DNA of 64,000 nt from IMG/VR virus record IMGVR_UViG_3300045988_175328, positions 1 through 64,000 of that record. One strand, given 5' to 3'. Positions 8,390 to 18,120 of the stretch are shown piece by piece. Every line of letters begins with the position of its first letter. Position 1 is the stretch's first letter. Both the position numbers and the translations under genes were made by a program. Under the pieces are notes generated by a model that saw only the letters and a program-made list of their open reading frames with translations, made no database searches and had not been told where the DNA came from. The DNA is from a virus.

Positions 8390-9148
8390 ATGATTAATAT
8401 AAACAGACCATTGTATCAATTAAATGGTACAAAGATAAAACAAGTTGTATCGATAAGCCGACTCGATTTTAAAATGACTCAAGATAAAATGGTGTTTTAT
8501 ACCGAGACAGAGAATCTGTTTAATATTGAGCCCGATATTGACTATCTCTTTATGCAAAAAGATGGAAAATATACAGTATGGTCTGGCGTCGAACTTGTTA
8601 AATTTGAAACAAAAAAGATATCGAATGAAGAATCTATTCTTGTAATACCTTTACACAAACGAGACATCACTTTGTTTACCAATAAAGATCGATATCATCG
8701 ATTTGTTTTCGAAGAAGATTTCAAAAAGAAAAATACTTTGAAAGAAAAACGATCGAATATGCGATTAGACTGGGATGAATTTATTAGTTATGGTTTCTCG
8801 ACTTTTACAAAGAAAGGCGAGTATACTAACATAGTTGTCATTAATACGCGTAATCGTGTAAAAATAGTGAGTAATCTTCCTGAACAAGAAATCAAGCGTG
8901 TATCTGATACGTTTAAGTCGAGAAAATTCTTTAAGAATAGATTTACACATATTAATTATGTGTTTGCGTTCGATCAAAATAATATGGCAGTATTAACAGT
9001 CGATTACATCGATATTATTCTTGAAGCGAATAAACTTCCAGATTTGTATTTTAAGCCTAACTATATGGCCGACGGCAATATAATGAAAGAATTGAAATAT
9101 GCAAATCAAATATCGACCAAAGAAATTGTGAAAGGAGGCGTGTACTAA
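8390..9148 (+). CDS. hypothetical protein
   Basis: 252-aa ORF in the co-directional series. Confidence 0.55.
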   Translation: MININRPLYQLNGTKIKQVVSISRLDFKMTQDKMVFYTETENLFNIEPDIDYLFMQKDGKYTVWSGVELVKFETKKISNEESILVIPLHKRDITLFTNKDRYHRFVFEEDFKKKNTLKEKRSNMRLDWDEFISYGFSTFTKKGEYTNIVVINTRNRVKIVSNLPEQEIKRVSDTFKSRKFFKNRFTHINYVFAFDQNNMAVLTVDYIDIILEANKLPDLYFKPNYMADGNIMKELKYANQISTKEIVKGGVY

Positions 9149-9456
9149 TGACTGATGAAGAAATTATGCAAAGTTTAGTTTCATATATCGGAATGCTATC
9201 TTTACAATCTAAAGATACGCCGACGAATTTAAATAAAAGAATTATTGCAAATTTTATGTCTGTAATTCTTAATTTACTTGAAGCCGAAGGCGTTAATAAA
9301 GAAGAAGCTATCAAACCTTTGTATCCAGTAATCGTAAACTATTTAATCGAAAAGAATAATGTATTCAAAGAAGCTTCTGGTAAAGATAGTGAAACGTATA
9401 TCAATGCAATTAAGCTATTAAAGTCATTGGCAAAGAAAGAAGGTACGAATGGCTAG
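9148..9456 (+). CDS. hypothetical protein
   Basis: 102-aa ORF with an ATG overlapping the previous stop. Confidence 0.5.
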   Translation: MTDEEIMQSLVSYIGMLSLQSKDTPTNLNKRIIANFMSVILNLLEAEGVNKEEAIKPLYPVIVNYLIEKNNVFKEASGKDSETYINAIKLLKSLAKKEGTNG

Positions 9457-9709
9457 GAAGAAAGCTGTTGTTGTCGAAGAAGTATCGCATACGCTAACCG
9501 ACGAAGAAAAACGCAAACGAATCGATACGATTGCTTCGACAATCATGCAAAAGTCAAATATCGTCATCGGGCGATTAAGTGACGAAAAAGTCAAAGAAAA
9601 ACTTAAGATTGAATTCATCCCGACTCCGTCCGTTAATTTTAATGCAGCAACTGGAGGAGGGTTTCCAAAAGGAAAGATGACAATCTTATCAGGAACAGAA
9701 GATTCGGGT
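9449..9709 (+). CDS. recA: RecA-like recombinase, exon 1 (ends inside Walker A)
   Basis: ...GGGFPKGKMTILSGTEDSG then the frame dies. Joining to 9978 restores GTEDSGKTSL (Walker A GxxxxGKT). Confidence 0.8.
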
Positions 9710-9977
9710 AAGGTATTAAATTGCCCCTATAACTAGTAATAGTTAATAGAAAACTCTGTGATATGCTGGGAAACCGTCTAGGCAATCAGCAGGCAGCGTA
9801 CGTTTAATGTATTGCGCCCCAACGACTATCGAACACAGAATCTAATAAATGTTTTAGAGGATAAGTTAGTAGAGTACATTCGTTACGAATGGAAGCGCAG
9901 AGCATCTCATAACAAGGCTTGAGATGATGATATAGTCTAGTCCCCTAATAAATATCGGGAAACCGAGGGTGTTAACG
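9710..9977 (+). ncRNA. group I intron (ORF-less), recA intron 1
   Basis: Exon ends GGGU and pairs with GCCC at 9723-9726 (P1). P 9763-9775 ATGCTGGGAAACC, Q 9783-9793 CAATCAGCAGG, R 9817-9830 CCCCAACGACTATC, S 9929-9937 GATATAGTC. Last base is G (9977). Confidence 0.8.
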
Positions 9978-10288
9978 AAAACTTCATTAGTTCTTGAAAC
10001 AATTGGTAAATTGCATCGTGAAAATCCAGAAGGACATTTTGCCTTATGGATTGAAAGCGAAGCATCATTATCATTAGATTATTTAATTAACACATTCGGA
10101 ATTGATCCAGAGCGATTCTACTATATTCAGTACGATCGTGAACATGCAGCTGAAGATTGTTTAAATCAAGCCGAGGCTATTATTAATTCTGGTGTTATCG
10201 ATATCTTCTGTATTAATACTTTAAAAGCTCTTGTGCCTAAAAGCGAGATCCTTAAAAGTATGGAAGATGTTAGCGTGGCCTCCGGGTT
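9978..10288 (+). CDS. recA: RecA-like recombinase, exon 2 (3' limit uncertain, 10288-10304)
   Basis: KTSLVLETIGKL...ALWIESEASL...VIDIFCINTLKALVPKSEILKSMEDVSVASG is collinear with RecA GKTTLAL...IDAEHALD...[24 protein letters not shown]. Confidence 0.75.
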
Positions 10289-10656
10289 TTGGAAGGCATA
10301 TTGCGGTGACGCAGTGTGAAAACTTAGTAAATTGCTGGAATATCTTAATAATTTGTTAGCTACAACAGAATCTGTAAAGATAAATGTGAATGCAGTCGAA
10401 AGACAGAAAAAATAACAAATTTGTTGCAAGCTGAAAAAAAGCTTTTTTTAAAGTGCTAAACAACATTAACAATAGACAATCAGCAGCGAAGCCGACAAAG
10501 ATTTGTTGTCGGAACGTTCAGAGACTATCCTATAGCCACACGCTAAAATATAAATATGGCAACAGGAGTAGGGCCACTATGTGGTTGGTGAGATCCCATT
10601 AAATCGAAAAACTAAGCATCTTTTTTAAGATGATGATATAGTCCAAATCAGGCTTG
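10289..10656 (+). ncRNA. group I intron (ORF-less), recA intron 2 (boundaries +/- ~10 nt)
   Basis: P 10329-10341 AAATTGCTGGAAT, Q 10477-10488 CAATCAGCAGCG, R 10516-10530 GTTCAGAGACTATCC, S 10635-10644 GATATAGTCC. In-frame stops on both sides. Confidence 0.75.
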
Positions 10657-11266
10657 ATATTGCCAAGCCCGTCTTAATGCGACTTTTTGCCGGAAGTTCA
10701 TTCCATTAATCGATGAATTTAAAACAGCAATGATCTGCATCCAACATATGACAACCAATATTGGTTCTTTCAGTATGTATGGAGATAATTTAACATTAGC
10801 CGGTGGCAAAGCTATCCGAACAGCAGTAATGCTATGGGTAGACTTACGCAAAGGCTCGATTCTCGATACCGATCCAATTAAACGAGAAGAGGGTATTAAA
10901 GTAAACTGTACTGTACGGAAGAATCACTGTATTCCAGCTGAATTCCCATATCGTAAGTTTAGCTATTATGCCGTTTTCGGTCAAGGTATCGAACAAATTT
11001 TAAGTACTCTCGATGAGCTAGTAACTCAAGGAGTAATTAATAAAGCCGGTGCATGGCTTCAAGAAATTGATTACGAGACTGGTGAGATTCTCGACAAATG
11101 GAATGGTAAGAATGCCTTTCGTCAAGATATGCTAGATCATCCTGAAAAATTAAAACGATATATTGGTTTAATTCAAGGAACCTTTACTCAATTAACTAGC
11201 GAAGAAGTCGCTAAGTTAAAAGAAGAAGAGGCAAAAGGTGTAGAAGATGAACTCGAAGAAGAATAA
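10657..11266 (+). CDS. recA: RecA-like recombinase, exon 3
   Basis: (Y)CQARLNATFCRKF...ICIQHMTTNIGSFSMYGDNLTLAGGKAIRTAVMLWVDLRK is collinear with RecA LQARLMSQALRKL...IFINQ...[24 protein letters not shown]. Confidence 0.8.
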
Positions 11267-11849
11267 GATTGAAAAACTAGATAATGATTTTTATCTATCC
11301 ATTGAAAATCAATCTTTTAAATTAGATTATTTAAAAGAAAGCTTCGGAGAATCTTACCTTGTTATTACACACAAAGAAAGTCTCCCATTAAAATTGGGAG
11401 ATTCTTTGTATTTTGAACGTAATAAGGTAAACATAGATTACACTGTAGCATCAATTTATCAAGGGCAAGAACTTGGTCCTTGTCAATCAATCGAAACATA
11501 CTATAAGTATGAATTAATGCTTGGTACATCTAAATCTATGTGCTATCATACATTGTCATATTTGAAACATAAAGATTTCTCTTACTATGAAATTGCTAAT
11601 TTAGATCGCAGCATTATTAATTTTATCATTCATGGTCTCGAAGAATTTAGAAATAGAGGCGACTCTGTTTGGATTTACCATGGACAAGAGATTTATTCTA
11701 ATCTTGTCATCGGACAAATTCTTGAAGGGTTTTATTTAATGCGAGATAAGATGTTTGATTACGAAGACACATTAACTAAAGAAGAGCGAGTGACTATTCG
11801 TAGATCTATTATCTTACTTTGGCGTCATTTTGGACAGCTCTGGATTTAA
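11247..11849 (+). CDS. hypothetical protein
   Basis: 200-aa ORF. Confidence 0.5.
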   Translation: MNSKKNKIEKLDNDFYLSIENQSFKLDYLKESFGESYLVITHKESLPLKLGDSLYFERNKVNIDYTVASIYQGQELGPCQSIETYYKYELMLGTSKSMCYHTLSYLKHKDFSYYEIANLDRSIINFIIHGLEEFRNRGDSVWIYHGQEIYSNLVIGQILEGFYLMRDKMFDYEDTLTKEERVTIRRSIILLWRHFGQLWI

Positions 11850-12496
11850 TTATGTGCATCTATGGTGAAGAAGATTATACATGTCTTAAGGTCACTGGTA
11901 TTAAGTGTAATGAATGTATCAAATTAGACGCCGAAAAACAAAAAAGCAGCAAGCAAGTTAAAACATTCAAAGCACCTAAACCTAAATTTAAAACTCGTGC
12001 CGATAAGCGTACTGGTTCTGTTTTTGAGATGAAGAACCACAACAATAATGAGGCTCTTCTTAATGATGTCGTTAATCGTCAGACACCTAATAGCGGTGCT
12101 GGAAAGATTAAAGGTGATCAAGAAATAGAAGGCATCATTAGTGTTAGTGAGGAATTGAAAACAAAAGTGGTACGTCAGGCTAGAGGTAAAGAAACATTTA
12201 CAGTTCATAAGAGTTGGCTCGATAAACTCAAGCGAGAATCTGTTCACAAAGAATTTTATTATTTAAAGTTTTCTTTTCATGAAACAGAAAATGATATTTA
12301 CTGCATAACTGAGCAAGAAATTATCATGGCTATGATTAAAACGATGGTAGAAGATCGTCGAAAAGCAAATCAGGCCGACGAAAAAATAAAAAAAGCTATT
12401 CTTGAAAAAGACATGTATAAAAAAGAAAATGAATTTTTAAAAGCGCGTATTGCGTTTCTAGAATCAGGAGATGAAATTGATGAAGAAACTAAGTAA
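11819..12496 (+). CDS. hypothetical protein (alternative start ATG 11852)
   Basis: 225-aa ORF with a Cys-rich N-terminus and a coiled-coil-like C-terminus. Confidence 0.5.
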   Translation: MASFWTALDLIMCIYGEEDYTCLKVTGIKCNECIKLDAEKQKSSKQVKTFKAPKPKFKTRADKRTGSVFEMKNHNNNEALLNDVVNRQTPNSGAGKIKGDQEIEGIISVSEELKTKVVRQARGKETFTVHKSWLDKLKRESVHKEFYYLKFSFHETENDIYCITEQEIIMAMIKTMVEDRRKANQADEKIKKAILEKDMYKKENEFLKARIAFLESGDEIDEETK

Positions 12497-12947
12497 ACAA
12501 AAAATCCTAGAAATATTGGATCATGCTGATGGAGAGCATCCTTGGATTTTTCCAGGTTGTCATATTTTACATATTCAATCGTATGCAAAAATGCTAAGCT
12601 ATAAGCACCCTTCATACAAAAGCTTAGAGCTCTTAGCATCTGAACTTCAACGGATAAATTCTAATCATATGGAATTTCTTTTCGATTTAGAACTAGAGTT
12701 AAATAGTTTTAGAGAAAAAGAATTAACTGCAAAAGAAGTTGAAGAAAATCTAATGCGAGTTCATTGGTTTAATTTAATTTCTAAACATGAAGAAATCATT
12801 AAAGATCATATTGAAAAATTAACCCCAGAGCATTTCTTTTATGATTCCCTCTCTGAGGGATTAGAATATATTCATCAATATCGATCTATCATGGGAAGAA
12901 TTTATAAGTATATTAATGAACAGTTAAAAGAAATTGAGGAAGGATAA
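12471..12947 (+). CDS. hypothetical protein
   Basis: 158-aa ORF. Confidence 0.5.
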   Translation: MKLMKKLSKQKILEILDHADGEHPWIFPGCHILHIQSYAKMLSYKHPSYKSLELLASELQRINSNHMEFLFDLELELNSFREKELTAKEVEENLMRVHWFNLISKHEEIIKDHIEKLTPEHFFYDSLSEGLEYIHQYRSIMGRIYKYINEQLKEIEEG

Positions 12948-13573
12948 TGGATTTAATTGATTTGTTTCGAGAGAAATATCACGAAAAGCTCGCCGAGGAA
13001 AATCTCTCGTATTTTAATAAATATCAGCTACCGAATTACTCTACAGAAAAGATTATGCCTGTTGGCGATCTGAATTCAGAGATAATCATTGTTCGAGATG
13101 TAGCTCCATATCTTACCGATAAAGCACACAATGAAAGCCAAGAAGACACTTTAAATAATTTAATCAAAGTTCTTGAAGGCTATGGTATTCGTCATTACTA
13201 TATTTTACCGTCATCACCATTTTTACCGATGGCAGATTTCGGCAAAAAATTAGAATTCAGACCTCCTAATCTTAGAGAACAAGCTACTAGCAGAAACTTA
13301 CTGTGGAAATGTATAGAAAATACAAATATTAAACATATTTTACTATATGGTAATGTTTCAACGAATCTATTTACTGAATCCAATGTATTAGATGAACATG
13401 GAAAAAGTTTTAATTTCTTTAATCGATTCTTTTTTCCTGTTTACTCTTTAGATTATATTAAAGATCTTAAGGGCAGAAAGATAAATACAGATTACCAACA
13501 AGAAGAATTTAAAGCAGATATTAAAAACTTTGTTCAATCATTTTTTGGATATCAAGAATTAGAAAAATACTAA
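12947..13573 (+). CDS. uracil-DNA glycosylase superfamily-like protein (divergent)
   Basis: Layout resembles family-4 UDG: PVGDLNSEIIIVRDVAP (cf. GxxxIMxVGExPG), RPPNLREQATSRNLLWKCI, HILLYGNVS, FFPVYSLDYI (cf. HPSxLL). Catalytic motifs are not conserved. Confidence 0.35.
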   Translation: MDLIDLFREKYHEKLAEENLSYFNKYQLPNYSTEKIMPVGDLNSEIIIVRDVAPYLTDKAHNESQEDTLNNLIKVLEGYGIRHYYILPSSPFLPMADFGKKLEFRPPNLREQATSRNLLWKCIENTNIKHILLYGNVSTNLFTESNVLDEHGKSFNFFNRFFFPVYSLDYIKDLKGRKINTDYQQEEFKADIKNFVQSFFGYQELEKY

Positions 13574-13588
13574 CAAAGGACTTTAATA

Positions 13589-13756
13589 ATGAGAGATATT
13601 TTAGTAAAATTTTCAGATGATGGGAAGCCCGTTATTAAACTCAATGAAAGCTTTTCATCTAAAGAAATAAAGGTATTAGAAGATACAATTAAAGGACTTT
13701 CCTCATTATTAGAGAAAGATCCTAATGAATTTGAAAGATTAAAGAAAGGAAGATAA
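13589..13756 (+). CDS. small hypothetical protein (55 aa; below the ORF-track cut-off)
   Basis: ATG 13589 to TAA 13754-13756 fills the gap between neighbouring genes. MRDILVKFSDDGKPVIKLNES... Confidence 0.4.
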   Translation: MRDILVKFSDDGKPVIKLNESFSSKEIKVLEDTIKGLSSLLEKDPNEFERLKKGR

Positions 13757-13758
13757 TA

Positions 13759-14415
13759 ATGGAAGATTTAATTTTAGATATTTTTAGCGATGAAGACGCT
13801 ATTGAAATTCCTAACAAAAAAGAAGAGACTAAGAAAGAAAAACCAGCTGAAGAAGTAATTATTGAAGAAAAAGTTATCGAAGAAGAAATTCCAGAAACTT
13901 CAAAAGAAGATATGCAAGAAATTGAAAAATCAGATATTTCTAGTACTTACTATCAATCAGCTATCGAATATATTGAACGACCAATCGATGATAAAGACTG
14001 GTTAGATTTTAAAGATAATCTTAAAACTAAGATCGACAAAATTAAAATCAAATCCACTTTGACGCCAAACTTAATTTTACCGATCATTTCTGAACTAGAC
14101 GGATTATATAGCATTGCTTATGAAGAACATGTAAAAACAAAAACTGCTCTTCAAAACTTAACAAATAAAGAAGACGGTATGCTTACTGTATGTAAAACTA
14201 TTAATGCTAAAGGAAGCAATGAATCTGAACGTAAATCTAGCGGCATGAAAGCTGCTCAGAAATATAAATTAGGCAATAAAAGTGTTGATTTGTTTGAATT
14301 AGTAGCAGAAACACGTAGTCGCTACTATTTCTTAGAATCTATTCTAGAGCAAATCAAATTCAAAAAAGATTTACTAATTTTAGTAAGCTCTTCTTTCAAA
14401 ACTTTAAACGCTTAA
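13759..14415 (+). CDS. hypothetical protein (acidic N-terminus)
   Basis: 218-aa ORF. Confidence 0.55.
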   Translation: MEDLILDIFSDEDAIEIPNKKEETKKEKPAEEVIIEEKVIEEEIPETSKEDMQEIEKSDISSTYYQSAIEYIERPIDDKDWLDFKDNLKTKIDKIKIKSTLTPNLILPIISELDGLYSIAYEEHVKTKTALQNLTNKEDGMLTVCKTINAKGSNESERKSSGMKAAQKYKLGNKSVDLFELVAETRSRYYFLESILEQIKFKKDLLILVSSSFKTLNA

Positions 14416-14416
14416 T

Positions 14417-14445
14417 TTGCAAAAAGCCCATAACTATGGTATAAT
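14417..14445 (+). promoter_or_regulatory. sigma-70/sigma-A type promoter with extended -10
   Basis: TTGCAA (14417-14422), 17-nt spacer, TGgTATAAT (TATAAT 14440-14445). Confidence 0.6.
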
Positions 14446-14488
14446 CTTACTATAACAATAGAGTGATTGTACCATTAGGAGGGCAAAA

Positions 14489-15109
14489 ATGACACTTAAA
14501 GAATTGTTGCAAAGCGACATGGTTCATAGTTCTTTGCATAAAAGTAATTCATATTTAAATCAAGGCGCAGCTTATCTTGCAATCGATGATGTAACAGGAT
14601 TATTAAATGCATTATTTGATGGCGATTGGGATTTTACGATTCTCGATAAATGGAAAGAAGAGTATTTAGCTTTCGTTGATGGCGACAAAAAAGAAACTTA
14701 CTTCTATATTCACGGCAGATTAACTATTAGAACTAAAACAGAATCTGGCCATGACATATTGATTAAAGAAGATATTGGTTCTAATGTCGTCAAAAAGAAA
14801 GATAAAAGTGGTCGTATCGACTACTCTTCTGGATATAAATCAGCTGTAAGTAATGCGCTTAAAGGCTGTGCAGCTAATTTAAATATTGCAGTGTTAAAAG
14901 ACGAAGATGTTAAAAATATTCGTGCTTTTGTTGCCAAGAAAAAATATTTATTGCTAAAAGATACTCTTGGTGCAAGATTCCAAAAACTACTTGAAAAATT
15001 TTTAGAATCTCATTCTTTAACAAAAGAAGATTTAAAAGATATTAATAATATAATTTCATTAAATCTATATTTGGAGGAACATAGTAGATATGTTGTTTCC
15101 CAACAATGA
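14489..15109 (+). CDS. Rad52/Sak-like single-strand annealing protein (putative)
   Basis: NQGAAYLAIDDVTGLLNALFDGDWDF and SGYKSAVSNALKGCAANLNIA resemble the Rad52-family YV..LN..FG..W and K.A.TDALKR motifs. Confidence 0.45.
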   Translation: MTLKELLQSDMVHSSLHKSNSYLNQGAAYLAIDDVTGLLNALFDGDWDFTILDKWKEEYLAFVDGDKKETYFYIHGRLTIRTKTESGHDILIKEDIGSNVVKKKDKSGRIDYSSGYKSAVSNALKGCAANLNIAVLKDEDVKNIRAFVAKKKYLLLKDTLGARFQKLLEKFLESHSLTKEDLKDINNIISLNLYLEEHSRYVVSQQ

Positions 15110-15278
15110 AGAAAAATTACTCTTTAAATGCGATTGTGGTTCTATGGAGTTTACTGAACACATGACCTATAATTTTAAATATTCAAATCGCATTAAAGAG
15201 TATGAAAAAATCCAAGATGAACACTATTTTAAGTGTATTAAATGTGGAAAAATTTTTAAAAAAGATCAGATTAAATAG
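15090..15278 (+). CDS. small zinc-ribbon protein
   Basis: 62 aa with CDCG ... CIKCG cysteine pairs. Confidence 0.5.
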   Translation: MLFPNNEEKLLFKCDCGSMEFTEHMTYNFKYSNRIKEYEKIQDEHYFKCIKCGKIFKKDQIK

Positions 15279-15298
15279 TCTGGTCTTTTATTTTTTTT
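15263..15298 (+). terminator. rho-independent terminator
   Basis: AGATCAGA / TCTGGTCT stem (one G-U pair) followed by TTTTATTTTTTTT. Confidence 0.7.
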
Positions 15299-15317
15299 AG
15301 GAAGGTGGTGTTGTGTA

Positions 15318-15887
15318 TTGGCGATGATTTATGACTATCGCATTAATATTAAGACAGCCGGTCCATCTGAGTATGGAGTTCGTAGTGAAATATATTTCTC
15401 AGGCTGTCAACGTGCTCTCGATGGCAATCCATGTCCGGGTTGTTTTAATCGAGACCTTTGGAGTTTTAAGAATGGTACATATTTAACTCCAGAACAAATT
15501 ATCGATCGGCTCGAAGATCAAAATAGTGTTAAAGCTGTAACGATTGTTGGAGGAGAGCCTGGCGACCAACCATATGAACTTTATTTACTTGTTAAAGAGC
15601 TTAAAAAGCATGGATATCATATTGCGTTATTCACTCATAAGGAGTATTCTAATTACATAGAGGATGCTAATATTAGAGCAGCTTTAATGTTTGTTGACGT
15701 ATTAATTGATGGTTCTTATGACCCAGATCAGCGTCATTATGATGACACTCATGAAAATCAGTTACTATGTTTTATCGGTAGTAAAAATCAGCGAGTGTAT
15801 GATTTGCGTCAGTTTCCAATCGTTCGATACTATCGATATCCCGAAGATTTAGAAGAAATACGTGAGGTTATGTGTAGTGGCAAATGA
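15318..15887 (+). CDS. radical-SAM activating enzyme, NrdG-like
   Basis: YFSGCQRALDGNPCPGCFNRDLW (NrdG-type GC..C.GC.N..W cluster with an insertion) and VTIVGGEPGDQ. Confidence 0.55.
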   Translation: MAMIYDYRINIKTAGPSEYGVRSEIYFSGCQRALDGNPCPGCFNRDLWSFKNGTYLTPEQIIDRLEDQNSVKAVTIVGGEPGDQPYELYLLVKELKKHGYHIALFTHKEYSNYIEDANIRAALMFVDVLIDGSYDPDQRHYDDTHENQLLCFIGSKNQRVYDLRQFPIVRYYRYPEDLEEIREVMCSGK

Positions 15888-16281
15888 TATTAAATTTAGT
15901 GGTCAATGGTTTCAAGTCAGAGATCGCAATCTTACACCCAAATTTAGTGTAGGATATACTGTTCATATTTCAGAAAAGAAGGAAGTAATTAAATTCGTTG
16001 TCGCAAACGACAAAGAAACTATCGAAAGAATTTTTAATTTAGATTCTGTTAAAGTTAATTCAATTTTAACTAAGACTATCATAAGAAGAGAACATTTTCC
16101 AAATCATCTTAGCGATGAATTAATTAAAGAGTTTTTTGAAGAAAATTTAGTAGAAGAGTCTCTTCGTTTAATTAAAAATATTGAAGATAGAAAATGGATA
16201 TTTGGCGAAGATAAAAAATTGCTTGATCGTCTCGAAATTGAATATGAACTCACATTAGATGGAAAGAAAGGAGAAGCTTAG
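15862..16281 (+). CDS. hypothetical protein
   Basis: 139-aa ORF. Confidence 0.5.
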   Translation: MRLCVVANDIKFSGQWFQVRDRNLTPKFSVGYTVHISEKKEVIKFVVANDKETIERIFNLDSVKVNSILTKTIIRREHFPNHLSDELIKEFFEENLVEESLRLIKNIEDRKWIFGEDKKLLDRLEIEYELTLDGKKGEA

Positions 16282-17777
16282 TGCTCAACGAAAGATTGCT
16301 TAAATTAGGGACTGATGTGTTTGCATCAAAACGATTGCTTTGGTGTCAATCTGAAGACCCTATTTTGATGTTTAAACGAATTCAGAAATTAGCTTTAAAA
16401 TTAGATTCAGAAATTGAAACTCCGTCTATTTCTAAAGTGTTTACTCAGGTATCATATCCTGAAATTCTTGTGATGGATCACCGACAAAATGTATATAAAT
16501 ATCCATTGCAAGAAGAAATCATTTTAGATGGCGGCGATTTATTTTCTAGAAATAATTTAGTCGATATCGATGAAGACAATCCGTTCGATTTCTTAGAAAG
16601 ACAAAAAACATTAGTCGTTATGTTTAATCCGTTATTTTTAAACAACTTAACAATACTCGAAGATTTCGTTAAAATGCTTCATTGCAATACACAACGAAGT
16701 CCTTTTATAATTATCTCTCGAGAACCAATGCATAAAGATTTAAAAGGAATTGCTCATGAAATTAAATTCGATAGCTTATCTGTCGATGAAATTAAGAATA
16801 TTTTAGATGAGTATAAATTAGAAGATCCAAAAGATTTGTTTAAACTAATGGGTTTAAACGAAAGATTTTTAAAAGATTTAATTACTTACTCCAAAGAAGG
16901 TAATATCTTAAAGAAAGATCTTTATGAAGAATTTCTAATGTCTTTACGCGACACGTCTTTAATTGAAATTAAAGAATCCAGTATGACTGTTAAAGATTTA
17001 GTAGGATATGATTCCTTTAAAACATATTTAAATAATCTACCTAAATTCTTTACTAAAGAAGCCAAAGACGCTGGCATTGAACAGCCTAAAGGATTCTTAG
17101 CATTTGGTATCCCAGGATGTTCTAAAACTGTATCGGCTGAAATTACGGCGAGCATATTAAACGTTCCGTTCGTTGAATTTAAAATCGGTAAAGTATTATC
17201 TTCAACTGTAGGTTCTTCAGAACGTAATATGGCTGAAGCATTACGACAAATTAAATCAATTGGTAAATGTGTACTTTTGATCGACGAAATTGAAAAAGTA
17301 TTTGGCGGCATGCAAAGTTCTAATAGTTCTGATGCCGGTACTTTATCTCGAGTTGGCTCTCAACTTTTAACGTTCCTAAACGAAGATCATGAAGCATTTG
17401 CTGTATTTACATCAAATGATGTTATGGCATTACCAGCAGAGCTATTACGTTCAGGACGACTCGACTCTAAATGGTTTTTCAATGTACCAACGATTAAAGA
17501 ACGTATGTTAATTTTCAAACATTATTTAAATAAATATAATGTTAAATTGACTACCGAACAGATTCGTAGTATCATAGAATTAACCGATAACTATACTGGT
17601 GCCGAAATTAAAGAAATTTGTTCCAATCTTAAGAAAGAATTCTTCTTACATTCTGAAATTAATGAAGAATCTGTAAAACGTTCTGTTAGCTTAGTATCAT
17701 CTGTATATAAATCTAATAAAGTGCAATATACAGTACTTCAAGAAATGGCTAAAGAAATGTCAATTAGTGCATCTTAA
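16281..17777 (+). CDS. AAA+ ATPase (classic AAA clade)
   Basis: Walker A GIPGCSKT, Walker B VLLIDEIEKVF, SRH-like region PAELLRSGRLD. Confidence 0.8.
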   Translation: MLNERLLKLGTDVFASKRLLWCQSEDPILMFKRIQKLALKLDSEIETPSISKVFTQVSYPEILVMDHRQNVYKYPLQEEIILDGGDLFSRNNLVDIDEDNPFDFLERQKTLVVMFNPLFLNNLTILEDFVKMLHCNTQRSPFIIISREPMHKDLKGIAHEIKFDSLSVDEIKNILDEYKLEDPKDLFKLMGLNERFLKDLITYSKEGNILKKDLYEEFLMSLRDTSLIEIKESSMTVKDLVGYDSFKTYLNNLPKFFTKEAKDAGIEQPKGFLAFGIPGCSKTVSAEITASILNVPFVEFKIGKVLSSTVGSSERNMAEALRQIKSIGKCVLLIDEIEKVFGGMQSSNSSDAGTLSRVGSQLLTFLNEDHEAFAVFTSNDVMALPAELLRSGRLDSKWFFNVPTIKERMLIFKHYLNKYNVKLTTEQIRSIIELTDNYTGAEIKEICSNLKKEFFLHSEINEESVKRSVSLVSSVYKSNKVQYTVLQEMAKEMSISAS

Positions 17778-17792
17778 GAAAGGAATATAAGA

Positions 17793-18101
17793 TTGTCTAC
17801 ATTAGAGGAAAAAATAAAGTCTGCCAGTGAAGAACTAGACACTCTCATTTTTGATGAAATACAGTTGTCGTTAGATTCAATTAATGATTTCATTTTTTCA
17901 TTTCAAAATGCAGAGATATTAGACGTTTCTTTAATCGAAGGCAACTTAAGTATCGATCAGATTGTTGACCATCTTCAAAGGATCATATTCGAAGAAGATG
18001 GTGAATATAAAAAAATCCGGCAGGATTTAAAAGTTAAATATTTAAAAAAAAGGTTTCCAGAGCATTCTGAATTAATTAATAGAATGGCTCATTTATTTTA
18101 A
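17793..18101 (+). CDS. hypothetical protein
   Basis: 102-aa ORF (TTG start in the track). Confidence 0.45.
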   Translation: MSTLEEKIKSASEELDTLIFDEIQLSLDSINDFIFSFQNAEILDVSLIEGNLSIDQIVDHLQRIIFEEDGEYKKIRQDLKVKYLKKRFPEHSELINRMAHLF

Positions 18102-18120
18102 AAAAAAAGGAGTTTTTACT

